A DNA stretch of 62,204 bases, filler included, from Nemertoderma westbladi (Eukaryota > Animalia > Xenacoelomorpha): assembly GCA_032718475.1 (NCBI GenBank). It is 3 parts of 3 records of this genome, joined end to end, with 100 filler letters (N's around TTAATTAATTAA, not from the genome) between each part and the next. Parts side by side here need not be neighbours in the genome. Positions count along the whole stretch, not along the records: positions 1 to 30,397 come from JAUCBJ010004296.1; 2 more parts are not named here. The stretch is one strand, 5' to 3'. Each line of letters begins with the position of its first letter. Position 1 is the stretch's first letter. Shown here piece by piece: positions 9,878-22,151 of this stretch. The notes beneath the pieces were generated by a model that was not told the origin of the DNA, ran no database searches, and saw only the letters and a program-made list of their open reading frames with translations. Position numbers and translations under genes: made by a program.

Positions 9878-11717
9878 GTACTAGGATCGGCATGCTGCAT
9901 TGCAGTTTTATTTTTAAGAATGCTGTGCCGGCTTGTCGACAAAATTGCGCCGCCACAACTCCCTTATCACCCATGACATTTACTAGATCATCCGCATCTT
10001 CAAGGCCAGTGTCCTATAAGATGCGTCTCAAGAAAGTCATGGGCTGTCCACCATGCTTATTCACTCCATGAGGCTGCCAAAGTACAAGATTATGCACTGG
10101 CTGGTCCTCACGGCGAAAGCAATGTCCTGCAAAGCGGAGGCGATTTTGTTCTAGTGTCAAGCTTGGGGGAACCAATGAGATACCTCCAAAGTTATATAGT
10201 GTCTGTTTGGAGATGTGTGCATTGTACTTGACACAATGTACCCGGCGTAGCATTCTTGTGAATGTGCCATCCAAAGATTTGGTGTCCTCAGCAGTTGAAT
10301 CAATGAGATCAATGAGATTCTCCGAAAAGAACCATAGAGTGTTAGGTTGCCCTTCTTGGGAACTGGCACTAACTTATTTGTTTTCATTTCTTGCGGGACT
10401 CTTGTTGTTCGGTACATGTCTACTATGATGGGATAGATGAGCTTTAAACACTGAGGTATTTTAAAGACCTCAGAATCGCCAATGGGAATTTGGGAGTACA
10501 GACTCAGACACTTTTACTTCTATAAAGTTATCAGGCAATACCCTGTCATTATTGAGGAGCTTTTCAATGTGGGCCTTCCAACCATTGAGGCGATCGGCTG
10601 GTGATTCTGCCTTAACCTTGGCGGTTGGTTGGCTTTTCCGCCCAGTAAGCAAGTTGATCGATTTCCATGCCTGGGATGATTGCCTGCTGTCGTCAGCATC
10701 ATTGATGGCATCAACCTGTTGGTTTATTAGCTCCTGTAGATTAACAGAGTACTGCCTGTTCAGGGACTTAGATGCAGCTTTAACTGCATTCTTTCCCGCT
10801 GTAGTCTGTTTGAGTCAGGACTCTTTCTGCGCCTTATAGAGGTCATATTGGCACTTCTGAATTTTGTTGTCAGTCCAGGGGGCTCTTTTCCTGTTTCGAG
10901 GGTATACAGGAACTGTTTCTGCAGCTGCTAACTTACCTGCTTCTGTGAAGGCAGTATAGCCCTAGCAGTGATCTGCCGCCTCTGAGGCAAGAACCTCATA
11001 CCTGTTGCTCAGCTATAGTGTGAAGCTGGATCTCACACTTGGCTGTTGCAACAGAGATGACCAGTCATGCCGCGGCAAGGCAGATTTCGTTTTTCTGCTA
11101 CCACGCAGACTAAGTCTTACCTTGGCCACAATAAGGTGGTGATCACAGGAGAAGGGTACAAGTGTAAAAGCATTACAGTCTTGTATAGAGCTCCTGTATT
11201 TCCTACGAAACAGAAAATGGTCTATCTGAGACTTGTGACCACTGGGTCCACTACGACTCCATGGCTTTCCAGTTTGCTTCTTGAACTGGGTTCCAGCCGA
11301 AAACAATCCATTTGCAGAGATAAAATCCTGAAGATGGACGGAATTTCGGTTAACACTATTGCTATAGACCCAGGGCGATGTAGGTGATTGATGCAGACAT
11401 GCATTAAAGTCTCCCAGGAATGTTAAGAATGCATGCTGATCCACTCCATCAGTAGCTGCTTGTAGATTGTGGTAGAAATTTTCCACCTCCTCTACAGGGG
11501 CAACACTAGTTGGAGAGTAGCACACAATCAGAACCACATTAGGAAACTTCTTAGCCAGTCTTCCAGAACATGAGAAGTGGCAACGGATGATGCGGTTAGA
11601 GATTTGGTCCATTTCATCCAATGCTGCATGTGCAGTTGGATTCATCAATAGACCAATTCCACCATTGCCACTATCATCTGCTGATGCGAGGGCGAGTCGC
11701 CAACCGCCCCCCATGTC
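9878..11717 (-). mobile_element. RTE-clade LINE, 5'-truncated, frameshifted, RT core deleted, in CCDC61 intron 1
   Basis: APE endonuclease motifs (GGIGLL, CYSPT, LGDFNA, SQIDHFL, CDHHL) and RTE C-terminus (RLRFAGHCFRR...LVLWQP). 19-bp TSD ATATTACCGCATACTACTA at 9859-9877 and 11718-11736. Short TAG-type tail. Confidence 0.9.
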
Positions 11718-11865
11718 ATATTACCGCATACTACTATGCGGTAATATAAAAAAACTGCAGGAAGCCACTGTAAGCACAGGTGAAGTCACTGTTATATGCC
11801 GAACGGTAATGTAAAAGCGTTCGTTTTATCAAAGTATTATATAGGCCTATTATATAATTGTTTAA

Positions 11866-13382
11866 GGGGACCAGCCCGCCGCCGTGGGGGTGAAAGAAAT
11901 ATATTTTTGAGCTATGATCGATTCTAAACCAAAATTTGATGGAGATTTAAAATCTGAAAACGGTTTTTCGAGATCTTAATCCGTTCTTGTTTTATGGCCC
12001 TTTCAATATAGTATAGGTATGTTTTGCTAGAACTATAACTTGACCCATCCATGGCGGCATGGATTTATGCAAGTGACATAGACTAGATAGGAGCAGATAT
12101 ACGGTCAAGTTCAAATTCTCGGAAAGCCTGGTGAGTGTTTTGTGGTGAGTGATCGAGAATGTCTGTATGTCCGTGCATATGTCGGCCTGTCTCTGAACAT
12201 TTTTTTTGGTTTAATAACATTTGGATTGTCTGTCTGTATGTCTGTCTGTTTGTCGGTCTGTCTTTAAAAAATCCGGGAAAGCATGCCACTTGCCTAAAAT
12301 ATTCGTTATGGGGGTTTCTTGGTCCGTGATCTCAATTCCGATTCTAAATTTTTATTGTGATGAAATCTGGACTGTCTTTAGCTGTATGTCCGTCTGTCTA
12401 TTTGTCAAAATCTAAGACAGACAGACATGCAGACATACATTCGAGATATTGACAAACCTAAAACTGACATTAGATATGAAATCCCCGCCCAGAAAAACCA
12501 CTATTGTGATAATTTTTGGTAGGTGGTATGCTTTCTAAGTTATTTAACAGACTGACCGATAGACAAACGGACAGACAAACAAGCAGACAGACAGTCTTTA
12601 TATGGACAAACCTAAAAAACTGACATCAGATATGAAATCACCGCCCAGGAAAACCCCTACAGCGTGAATCTTAGACAATGCAATGATTTCTTAGTCTTTG
12701 ACAGACAGACCGAAAAACAGACAGGCGGACAAACATTCCGGACACAGTCCGGATTACTCCAAATTTAAAAAATAACATCGAAAATAAAATCACCATCCAA
12801 GAAAACCCCTAATGAGAAAATTTTACGCCGATGAAATGATTATATACTTCGTATTTGACAGACAAACTGACATGCTCTAACCTAACTTGTAAAATTTTTG
12901 AAAATATCGTTAAAACTGACTAAGGCGTTTTTCTCAAAATGAAATTTTTCAGTTTTTTTAATATTTAGGTACCCCCAGTACACTTTTCTCAGGAACTACT
13001 CCAATGGAATTTAGTAAAATTTGGCATTCCAACTAATTTGACTACGGCGAATACGCTGAACAAAAGACTTCCCAATTACCGCGGGGTGTTTTTGAGTTAG
13101 GCTAAACAATATTTTGTGGTAAATTATTAGTTGAATAAATTTTTTTAATAAAATATATTAATAAAATTAAAATTAAATTAAAAATTAAATAAAATTAATA
13201 TTTTTCAATAATTTTGGTAATCTTTTAAATTTTCGATTTTTTTTTATTCCACACCTCAAGAAAATGATTTCAACATTTTCACCAAAAATTAGGAAAATCC
13301 GTTTAGCCAATTGCCAATCTCGAGATAAATGCACCTTTGTTAATAGTGAAATGCATGGAATGTTGACGGCGGGCTGGTCACC
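11866..13382. mobile_element. Non-autonomous TIR element, Kolobok-like, in CCDC61 intron 1
   Basis: TTAA TSDs at 11862-11865 and 13383-13386. 16-bp TIRs GGGGACCAGCCCGCCG / GGTGACCAGCCCGCCG. Purine-purine termini with a TTAA TSD fit Kolobok rather than piggyBac. Confidence 0.75.
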
Positions 13383-14115
13383 TTAAAAAGATAACATTGT
13401 TTAAATAGTTTTCGCTCGCTACGCTCGTGTTGTTTTAATTGTTTTCCACATTACAGCATTAACTCATTTATATAGTAGGCCTATATAATAAAGTAACATC
13501 CAGATCCACAATATCCTCTCCAATTGTAATTTCTTCCTATACCCCCTCCCCCTTTTTAATAACAACCAAATTCCTGCCTTTTACAAAGAACTTCGTTTTA
13601 TAAAAGTTCATACATTTTATTTTTAACCCTACAGGTTTATCCTACTTCTTCTGTTCTTGGGCGAAACTTGAATACGTCACTGTTCAATGAACACGAGTAA
13701 TAGTAACTAACAATAAAATAAACCGCTATACTGCTATATGATAAAGCAATATAACTAGAATGTGCAATAAGTGATAAGTAATATTTTGAGTAAGTTAATA
13801 TTCAGATATTAACTTACCGGTACTCACAGACTCAATATATAACTTACTTAATATTCTTGAACCTGGTAGAAAGTATAACGAGCAGGTTACCGTACCTGTA
13901 CTGGTACCGTACCGTCAGCGACAACCTACTGTATCCAACAATCCAAGGATGAAGGACTCCTTGGTAAGTCATAGATACTGAGACAATAAATTTCCATTAC
14001 CGATAAATAATTAAATTTCTGACTTTGTTAGGACTAACTCTAGTTGTCATGGCTGAATGCCACCTGCTGACTGGTATTAAAGTCCCTCACTTCAAGCTCA
14101 TTGCCCATGACCCAC

Positions 14116-14599
14116 CTTTTAACCGGACAATGTCTTCTTGTAGAGCAACCGGGTCCGGCTTCCCCATATAGGTTAGAGGTAGTGGATAATGGATCCTATC
14201 AAACTCAACCGTGTATGTGAGTATCAAGTATCTTTTCGTATTCAAAGTTGCTTTCTTAGACGAGGGAATATCTGCTGAGTGCGAGGTGGCAGATTTCGTA
14301 CGAAGGGCGTCTAAATCAGAATAAGTTAGAAGATCCAATGACACTGATTCACTATTCTGCGTAATAGACATTTTCAACATGTTCTCGAAAATGGAAGCCT
14401 GTTTAAAGTTGCCAGTTTTGTGAGTTAAATCTTCGATGTATTGCGTCTCGAACACCCCACGCCATTGGTCTGTTGTTATTTTATCTTCAGCTTGAACTAC
14501 TAACTTGTGGTCGCAGTTCGAACCGGTAGCGCGCATACTTATTACAAAATACCTCCCCCTGAAGGATAAACAACTCTGAGCATCCCATGGTTCAACCAT
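14116..14599 (-). CDS. CCDC61: CCDC61/VFL3 coding exon 1 (SAS6-like head domain)
   Basis: Diagnostic motifs DQWRGVF..YIEDLTHKTGNFKQ, SESVSLDLLTYSDL, KRYLILTYTVEFDRIHYPLPL.Y.GKPDP. ATG at 14599; donor G|GTGGGT at 14115. Confidence 0.95.
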
Positions 14600-15282
14600 A
14601 ATTAATTTCTGAATTAGGCCCAAGCTGCCAAGTGACTAGTCTTGTAGTCTATAGGCCTACCCCACGAGTACGGAGCCGGAGCACCAATTAGGCAGTTAGG
14701 CCTACACAAAACAATACTACTAGGCCTATCCAGCTATCTAACTTATACTTATCCTTATTTACCATTATTTGATTCACAAATAATTTATTAGGCCTAGATA
14801 ATTAATAGGCCTACAGTAATTTTTAGGTGTTGTTAATATTTATGGATATTTAATTAATTGGTGTTTATGTCATAATTAACCATAACAATATATTTGACTA
14901 GGCCTATTGCGCTATAAACAATCTCAATCTCACCGGTAAAAATATATCATATAGCTGTCAGGCTGTATACAGGTATAGGCCCTACTGATATAGGCCTATT
15001 GCCAGATTGCTGTATTGCCTAGTACAGTAGTCCAGTAGTACCGGTGCAGTATGTACAGTATTATAGCTGTATACCTGCTGACCCGTACAGCCGTATACTA
15101 GTACAGCAGTACTGTAGTATCCAGGTATCTGATAGTCTGAGTATACAGACACAGGACACAGTACGGTAGATAGCCGGTATCCTGCTATCCGGTAGATAGC
15201 CGGTATCCTGCTATCACTATTTATTGCACTATTGCACTATTGATGTATTGCAGTATTGAGTCATTGCATTACACGAGAGCAA

Positions 15283-18200
15283 TCTTATTTATTTTTATTT
15301 ATTTATTTTTTTTTTATTTATTTATTTATTTCCTCCAAAATATAAAATAAAAATAACGCACAATACCCTACAAAATTGATTGCTGGGTTGATTGGTGTGA
15401 GCTTCCGCTATAGCATAGCTATAGTGTAGTTTTAGCTCACCCCTGCATCTGGAGAGTTCTAGAATGTTTAAAGTAAATTTAATTATACAGATAGGTGCGT
15501 GCGGTGCGGTTGACTGCTGTCGGAATTTTATAAATATTTGTTTTTTCCTGCATGTAAAAAAATAAATTTGTGGTATGTACAAGACTGCATAGCAAACTGA
15601 TGATAACCAATAGGGGAGAATGTATATGTAAAGAAAAAAAGTATGAAACTATATATATGACGCAAAATATGTAAAGGAAAATATATTTATATAACGCAAG
15701 TTGTTGATAACCAATTGGGGAGAATGTATATGAAAAAAGAGATAATGAAAAAATATATGTATGCTATTGAAATCGAAATGGTTTAATCATATCTGCAGTA
15801 AGTGGTATTTTAATTTTTTCTTAAATATCGCCAGGCTTCGACTGTCCCTAATAAGTTGTGATAATGAGTTCCACAAAAGTGGCCCTTGCATAGATAATGA
15901 AAGATGGCGAACATCCAAACGAGCCGGAGGTAAATGATACAGGCCAGAGGAAGCAGAGCGAGTATTATATGAGTGAACCGAAGAGGCTTTAGTAAAGAGG
16001 TAAGCTAGAGGGTGAGATGGATTATTATGGACTTCAAACATGAGTATTAGCACCTGGTACTTATAGAGGAGATCTAGAGGTAGGATACGTAATTGTTGGT
16101 AGATGGGATAGGATGAGGATTGAGAATGATTAAATGTGATACAACGCAATATCTTATTGATTTTTATTTTCAAAGGATCTGTGTTGGACTTGTAAGTGCC
16201 GCCCCAAACAATCAAGCCATAGAAAATGTAAGGATAAATTAATGTATTAAAAAGCATGCGGAGTAACTCTCTAGAAAGTATATGTCGAAGTTTATAGAAC
16301 AGTCCACCTGTTTTAGAATTTTTTTTAAGTATGTATTTAATGTGCGCCTTAAATGTGAGTTTATCATCTATAATTATGCCTAAGTATTTTGCAGCGGACG
16401 TGTATCTGATGGGTTTGTTGTTGATATTAATTGTTGTGCTTGGTAAGTTGAAATTTTGCGAGAATGTAAATATGGAGTATTCTGTTTTATCGGTGTTTAA
16501 GGTTAATTTATTATCTATCAGCCAATCATTAAGTAAATTACTTTCGGTATTTATAGTACTGTATTAGTTAATCTGGTTATGTTACTATCGTGGAGCATGA
16601 GAGATGTATCGTCTGCAAACAGAGTGGCAATGAGAGAGGTTGCATTTGGGAGATCATTTATATAAAGTAAAAAAAGAATTGGGCCTAGTACCGAACCTTG
16701 CGGGATACCACAGGTGATTGAATTAACTAAAGATGACGTAACACCTAATGAAACAAACTGTTTACGATTGGATAAGTAATCTGAGAAAATCGACAGAGGG
16801 GTTCCGCGTATACCATATGACTGGAGATTCTTTATAAGGATGGAGTGGTCAAGAGTATCAAATGCCTTACGGAGGTCTATATATACTAAACAAGAGGATT
16901 GATGATTATCGAGAGCATTTCGAATTGACTCCACTATATTTATTACTGCATATGATGTGGTGAATTTTTTTCGGAAGCCGAATTGATTACGCGAAATTAC
17001 ATTGAATTTATTAAGGTATGTTATAAACCTGGTTGTATAAAACTGTTTCGAAATTTTTATGGAAAACAGGGAAGAGGGAGATTGGACGGTAGTTTGTAGG
17101 AAGAAATGGGTTACCACCCTTATAAGCTGGAATGACCTTTGCTAACTTAAGACAATCAGGAAAATGCCCTAGTCGTAAACTGAGATTAGTCAAGCTACAT
17201 AAATGAGTAGATATAAATGGGGCCGCAAGATTTACTAAAGAAATCGGAAAATCGTCATTGGAGGCGCACTTCTCATCTAATATTGTAAAATGATGTAATG
17301 AATTTCAGCGGGAGATGTTTCTGAAAGTCCGAAGGAATTGGATTTGGGATGTCTTACGTGGCGAGTAGGACAACGAGAACTTGAAGCAAATTGTGAATCA
17401 AGTTGAGGACCAATGTTGGAAAAGAAATTTTTAAAGGCGTTGGCTATATCAGCTGGATTGGAGAGAGAAATAATTTTCCCGTCTTTATCCACGTTTAATC
17501 TCTTTGGTGTTGATGTTTTTGCAGAACGGTGTAATAAAGAGTTTAATGTTTTCCAAGTCTTACGCATATTATTAGAATTTTTATTGAATTCGGAGTTGTA
17601 GTATTGTTTTTCAGCTGCTCTAAGTAGTGTGGTTAATTTATTTCTGTATAATTTATAACGATTATGATTTTCAGTTGTGGGTGATTTAGAATATATTGCG
17701 TATAATAAGTTTTTCTTTTTTATTCATAAAATTAGCGATTTTGTGAGCCAAGGTTTCTTTGGAACATCTCGTTTTTGTACAACCACGGAGGGAAGGTTAT
17801 CCTTACAAATATTTGTGAAGTCATCATAAAAACTTTCTAGTTTAAGTTTGTCAGGGGTGTTATTAGCTGAATATCTAAAGGAAACGTTTCGTACATCATT
17901 AGTAAACCTATCTTTATTAAATTTTGAGTAATCGTAAGTGCGCTTTGTATCTGGAGGAAGAAAAAACATCGAATAATCAGTTAAAACCATGAAAGTAGGT
18001 GGTCGGTAGTACCAGTTTCTGTTAAAAATACACCAGGTGAGCAAATAGATGAGTGTATATTACAAAGGATGTGGTCTATAGTAGATCTAGAATAGGGAGT
18101 GATACGAGTATGTTGGTTTATAGTTTGAGTGAAGCCGTTAGAAGATATTGTATTAATATATTCACTAGTACGAGGCTTATTTGGTTTAGAAACATCAATA

Positions 18201-18960
18201 TTATAATCACCGGTTATAACAACGTCGTAATTTGTTGAGGCCAATTTGGAAAGTGTATCATTAAAACCTTTATTAAAACTATCAAATTCTATTTCGTCTG
18301 AGCGATAAATACATCCAATTATTAAGGGCTTATTAGGGTGAGGCCTCGCCACTTCTATCCAGCAATTTTCAGGGCCGTTGAAATGAAGGTCGGGTCGTAT
18401 TGATGTTTCTAAATCGGAGCGCGCATAAATAGCCGTGCCTCCTCTGGCTAGTCTCTTACCCCATTTTCGAAAATCACAGTAAGGTTCCTTAAAACCACGA
18501 ACGGCAACTTCATTTAATACACTATCTTTAGTTAAAAACGTTTCAGAAAAAGTCAGAATGTCGAAATTGGCATTCATAGATTCCAAAAAATTTGTTATTG
18601 CACATATATTTGCGTTTAAGCTCCTGCAATTTAAATGCATTAATGAAAAATTCGATCTGCTGTCATTTCCGTAAAAGTGGTTATCAAATTTTGTTTCATT
18701 AAAGTAATCCCCTAGAATCAAATTGCAATTCAAGTTATCGTCAGGATTAATATCACTAAAGATGTTGCCAGCAGCCTGTATGTCTTCACAATTAACTTCA
18801 CCCGTTTCATTAGAAAATATATCGAGATCGTCATTTTCAACACTACCAAAAGGAAATAGATAATGATAACAAAAATTGCACCAGTGTGATAAAATGGTAG
18901 TGTCTGAAAAATCGATAGTCTCAAAGAATGAACCACATTGTCGGTGATATTGTCGGTTGT
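15283..18960 (-). mobile_element. CR1/L2-group LINE: ORF2 with several frameshifts, 3' UTR and (TAAA)n tail; 5'-truncated within a PHD finger
   Basis: Endonuclease (HLNCRSL, FSETFL, GCIYR, GDYNID, IDHI, TDH) and RT (NYRPISL, QFGFR, IDLRKAFDTLDH, GIPQGSVLGPILFLLYINDL, LFADDT). The upstream in-frame sequence has YHRQC...HWCNFCYHYLFPF. AAAT-repeat tail at 15283-15330. Confidence 0.92.
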
Positions 18961-19722
18961 GGGTGTTGTTGGGGGGGGGGGGGGGGGGTATTGAAAGATG
19001 TACATGATATGCAAGCGAGCGAAGCGAGCGAAATTTTTTTAGTTTTTTAACGTTTAAAATGTTACTCTACATCTTGTGAGCAGTGCAGATACTGGTGCAA
19101 TTTGATTGCAAGTGAAAAGTATGATCTTCCACGAAAATTTACCGCAAAGTGAAGAGAATTTTGGTTATTGTTTTTGGTTAGAAAATATCAGTAACTCAGG
19201 AAAATACACAAGTAACCTGCTCCTTTCTCTTAGCACTTTTAATACATTTAATAAAGTTTATAAACTCAATAGAAACTTTGGTGTTTGCTGTCATTTCACG
19301 TCATTAACTCGGGCAGTGACATAATATGGAGGTGGGGGTGGGGGGAGTGTGGGGGGGGGGGGGGGGGGACTCAAAACCTATCTTGGCGAATTGAAGGCAC
19401 GGCCCGGCGAATTATTACAATGATACTAATTATTAAAGGAGCATGTTGATGTGGCAGGATAATGGATAGAATAATAATGATTTTTATTACAAACTTCTGT
19501 ATATTTATTATTTATAAAGATGTTAGGTAAAAGGAGCACAAAACGGCCAATATGTAAATAATGTAATACTGTATAATACAATATACAGTAGTAAGTAATA
19601 TAATGTATATAATATAATTTGGTGGTACCGGTAGTAATTATTTATACAGTAGTACAGTATAGGCCTACACTACTGTAGCAGTATAAAAAAAGTGTAAAAT
19701 AAGTGCCTTTTTTAATTAACAA

Positions 19723-19980
19723 AATAATAAGGTTGTATTACAGTAAATCCATAGATCAGCATTCTTACCCTATGGAAAAATAAGCGTAAGAACAGTTTGG
19801 GTTATTGTTAATATGTAGGCCTAATGTAACATTAATTTGATTTGCTACATAGGTGTAGCAAATCAAATTAATGTTACATTAGGCCTACATATTAACAATA
19901 ACCCAAACTGTTCTTACGCTTATTTTTCCATAGGGTAAGAATGCTGATCTATGGATTTACTGTAATACAACCTTATTATT
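19723..19980. repeat. Perfect inverted repeat, 127-bp arms with a 4-nt spacer
   Basis: 19723-19849 is the reverse complement of 19854-19980; loop TAGG. Confidence 0.95.
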
Positions 19981-19993
19981 ACCAACTTAACAA

Positions 19994-20349
19994 CTACTAC
20001 GATCGGCATGCTACATACATTGCAGCTGCATTATATACTGTATATTACATATATTAAGAATGCTGTGTCGGCTTGTCGACAAAATTGCTCCGCCACAACT
20101 CCCTATCACATTTGCTATATCATCCGCATCTTCAAGGCCAGTGTCCTTAAGATGCATACCAGGAAAGTCATGGGCTGTCCACCATGCTTATTCACTCCAT
20201 GAGGCCGCCAAAGCACAACATTATTCACTGGCTGGTCCTCTCGGCGAAAGCAATGTCCTGCAAAGCAGAGGCGATTTTGTTCTAGTGTCAAGCTTGGGGG
20301 AACCAATGAGACACCACCAATGTTATATAGTGTCTGGTTGGAGATGTGT
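19994..20349 (-). mobile_element. 3' fragment of the same RTE family as 9878-11717
   Basis: RLCFAGHCFRREDQPV...HGVNKHGGQP; high identity to 9885-10220; CTACTAC tail on the + strand. Confidence 0.9.
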
Positions 20350-20370
20350 CTATTGGACTTTATTTAGATC

Positions 20371-20619
20371 TCATCGGGTAGGGTCCCAGCGTCTGCCACT
20401 ATAATTCGGCTCCTTCTTATCGTTGTCGCGTTCGGACAGCCTCGTTGCCTTGATCGTATACTCACGATCATCAAATATCACTGTTAGTAGATTTTGTCGG
20501 GTGGTGAGAAAGTCGAAATCCCTAATCCGATTCCCGATTGTCTCTAGTTGAATATCTACCTCCCGTCTCTCACTTGCACTCTTGAGTTCGGCCGGGGAAC
20601 CTGCTGTCCGACAAACCGG
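20371..20619 (-). other. Unidentified 82-codon stop-free frame, possible terminal exon
   Basis: GC-richer island. The frame reads ...AGSPAELKSASERREVDIQLETIGNRIRDFDFLTTRQNLLTVIFDDREYTIKATRLSERDNDKKEPNYSGRRWDPTR*. CAG acceptor candidates at ~20600-20606; AATAAA a few nt after the stop. Confidence 0.3.
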
Positions 20620-21700
20620 TCAAGCGATGAGGATGGATCCCAAAGGAAGTGTAGTGAATAAGAATGGTTTTGTGACTTGCAATGTATATAGGCCTATTTT
20701 TTCTGATATTAACTAGTCAGTAGTCATCCTAGGTACCAAGCCAATACAGCAATAAAGTTATCTCAACTACAGCACAACGTGGGCAACGTAGCCTACTAAC
20801 CAATAACTCCTAAACTACTGTAAGTCAAATACACCGATAAATGGTTAGGTGATATTTGAGGTAGAAACTACACTTAGGGTGTCAAGGAATGAGCTCTACC
20901 TACACCCAGACCCAATAATGACATATTAAATACCCCAATAAACATCAACTTTACAAAAGCTACAAACAAATAGGTTTATAAAAATTGAAGAGAATGTAAT
21001 CAATCGCCTCATTTCCTCTCGCTGTAAGTAAACCCACAATTTTTCTGCTACCCGAAAGCCAAAATGCAGCCTATTTTTTTGTTAAGTTAATACTGTAATA
21101 TAGTTAGTTAGTTAGTTAGTAATATAGTGTTGTTAGTTAGTTAGTTCTATTATATCAACTCTCCTCCTAAAGTGTAGGCCTACAGTACACGACAACAGGC
21201 CTACAGAACATGTAATTCCTAGATCTAGCTGCGAAACTGAATCTCGACTCCCCCATAGTATAGAGACTATGGAGTGGGATGGATGTTCCTTGTGAGAATT
21301 GAAAAATTTCGTTTAAGATTCGTGGAGTTTTATTGAGGTTAAGTATCAGCCAATAAGAGCATCCCATTGATAGACCTCTAACCCTCTCAATCTAAAAATT
21401 CCTTAGATTTCAGGTTTCAGCCCATGTTAGAAAAATTTGAAAATTTTTTAGATTTTATCACTCAATCATTAAATTACTCACACAATTAACACAGATTCAT
21501 TTCAGTGCTGATCTGTGATAGAATGTAATCTGCTGTTCCTAATATCTTACGGAATGCTATACAATACTCACCTTATTTACTGAAGTTGATATGGAAGGTA
21601 ACTAACTAACTACTTTATTTATTAATTCAATTATCAATACAGTAATTTTGGCTATTTGAATTTATTCTTACATAAAGAATAATAAGACACTGACTCTCAT

Positions 21701-21772
21701 GGGGATGTAGCGCAGTGGTAGCGCGTTCGCTTTGCATGCGAAAGGCCCCGGGTTCGATCCCCGGCATCTCCA
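21701..21772 (+). tRNA. trnA-UGC: tRNA-Ala(TGC)
   Basis: 72-nt cloverleaf. Acceptor stem GGGGATG/CATCTCC with G3:U70; D loop AGTGGTA; anticodon stem TTCGC/GCGAA with loop TT-TGC-AT; T loop GGTTCGATCC. T-run terminator at ~21780. Confidence 0.97.
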
Positions 21773-22151
21773 GTTATGAATTTTGTAGTAGAAAGGGTTT
21801 TGAATTTTTATGACATAAAAATAATAATTATTTTTAAGAGGTGTGTATAATGACGTATATACATACCTCTCGCCTTTCTATGACCTTTTTTTATATTCTT
21901 ATGCGTTTTATATGCAGCCGGAATTTATTAGCTAAACTGAAGGGTGAAAATATCCTACAAACACTCTGGCATTCAATCTCACGTAGGCCTAACAGTGAAA
22001 TGAAATTATACCAATCTGCTTATAATCTGGATAAATATTAACTGCAATGCAAATATATTTTTGTTGTTATTTGCAAACCAGAAAATCGCGAAGGGCCTGA
22101 GCGCGTGGGCGTGAAGAATATCACAAAGAACCCGAGCCATAAATCATAAAT

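Noticed and set aside
21701-21800. tRNA-Ala as the head of a SINE
   Set aside because: The cloverleaf is intact and followed directly by a T-run terminator, with no SINE body or tail.
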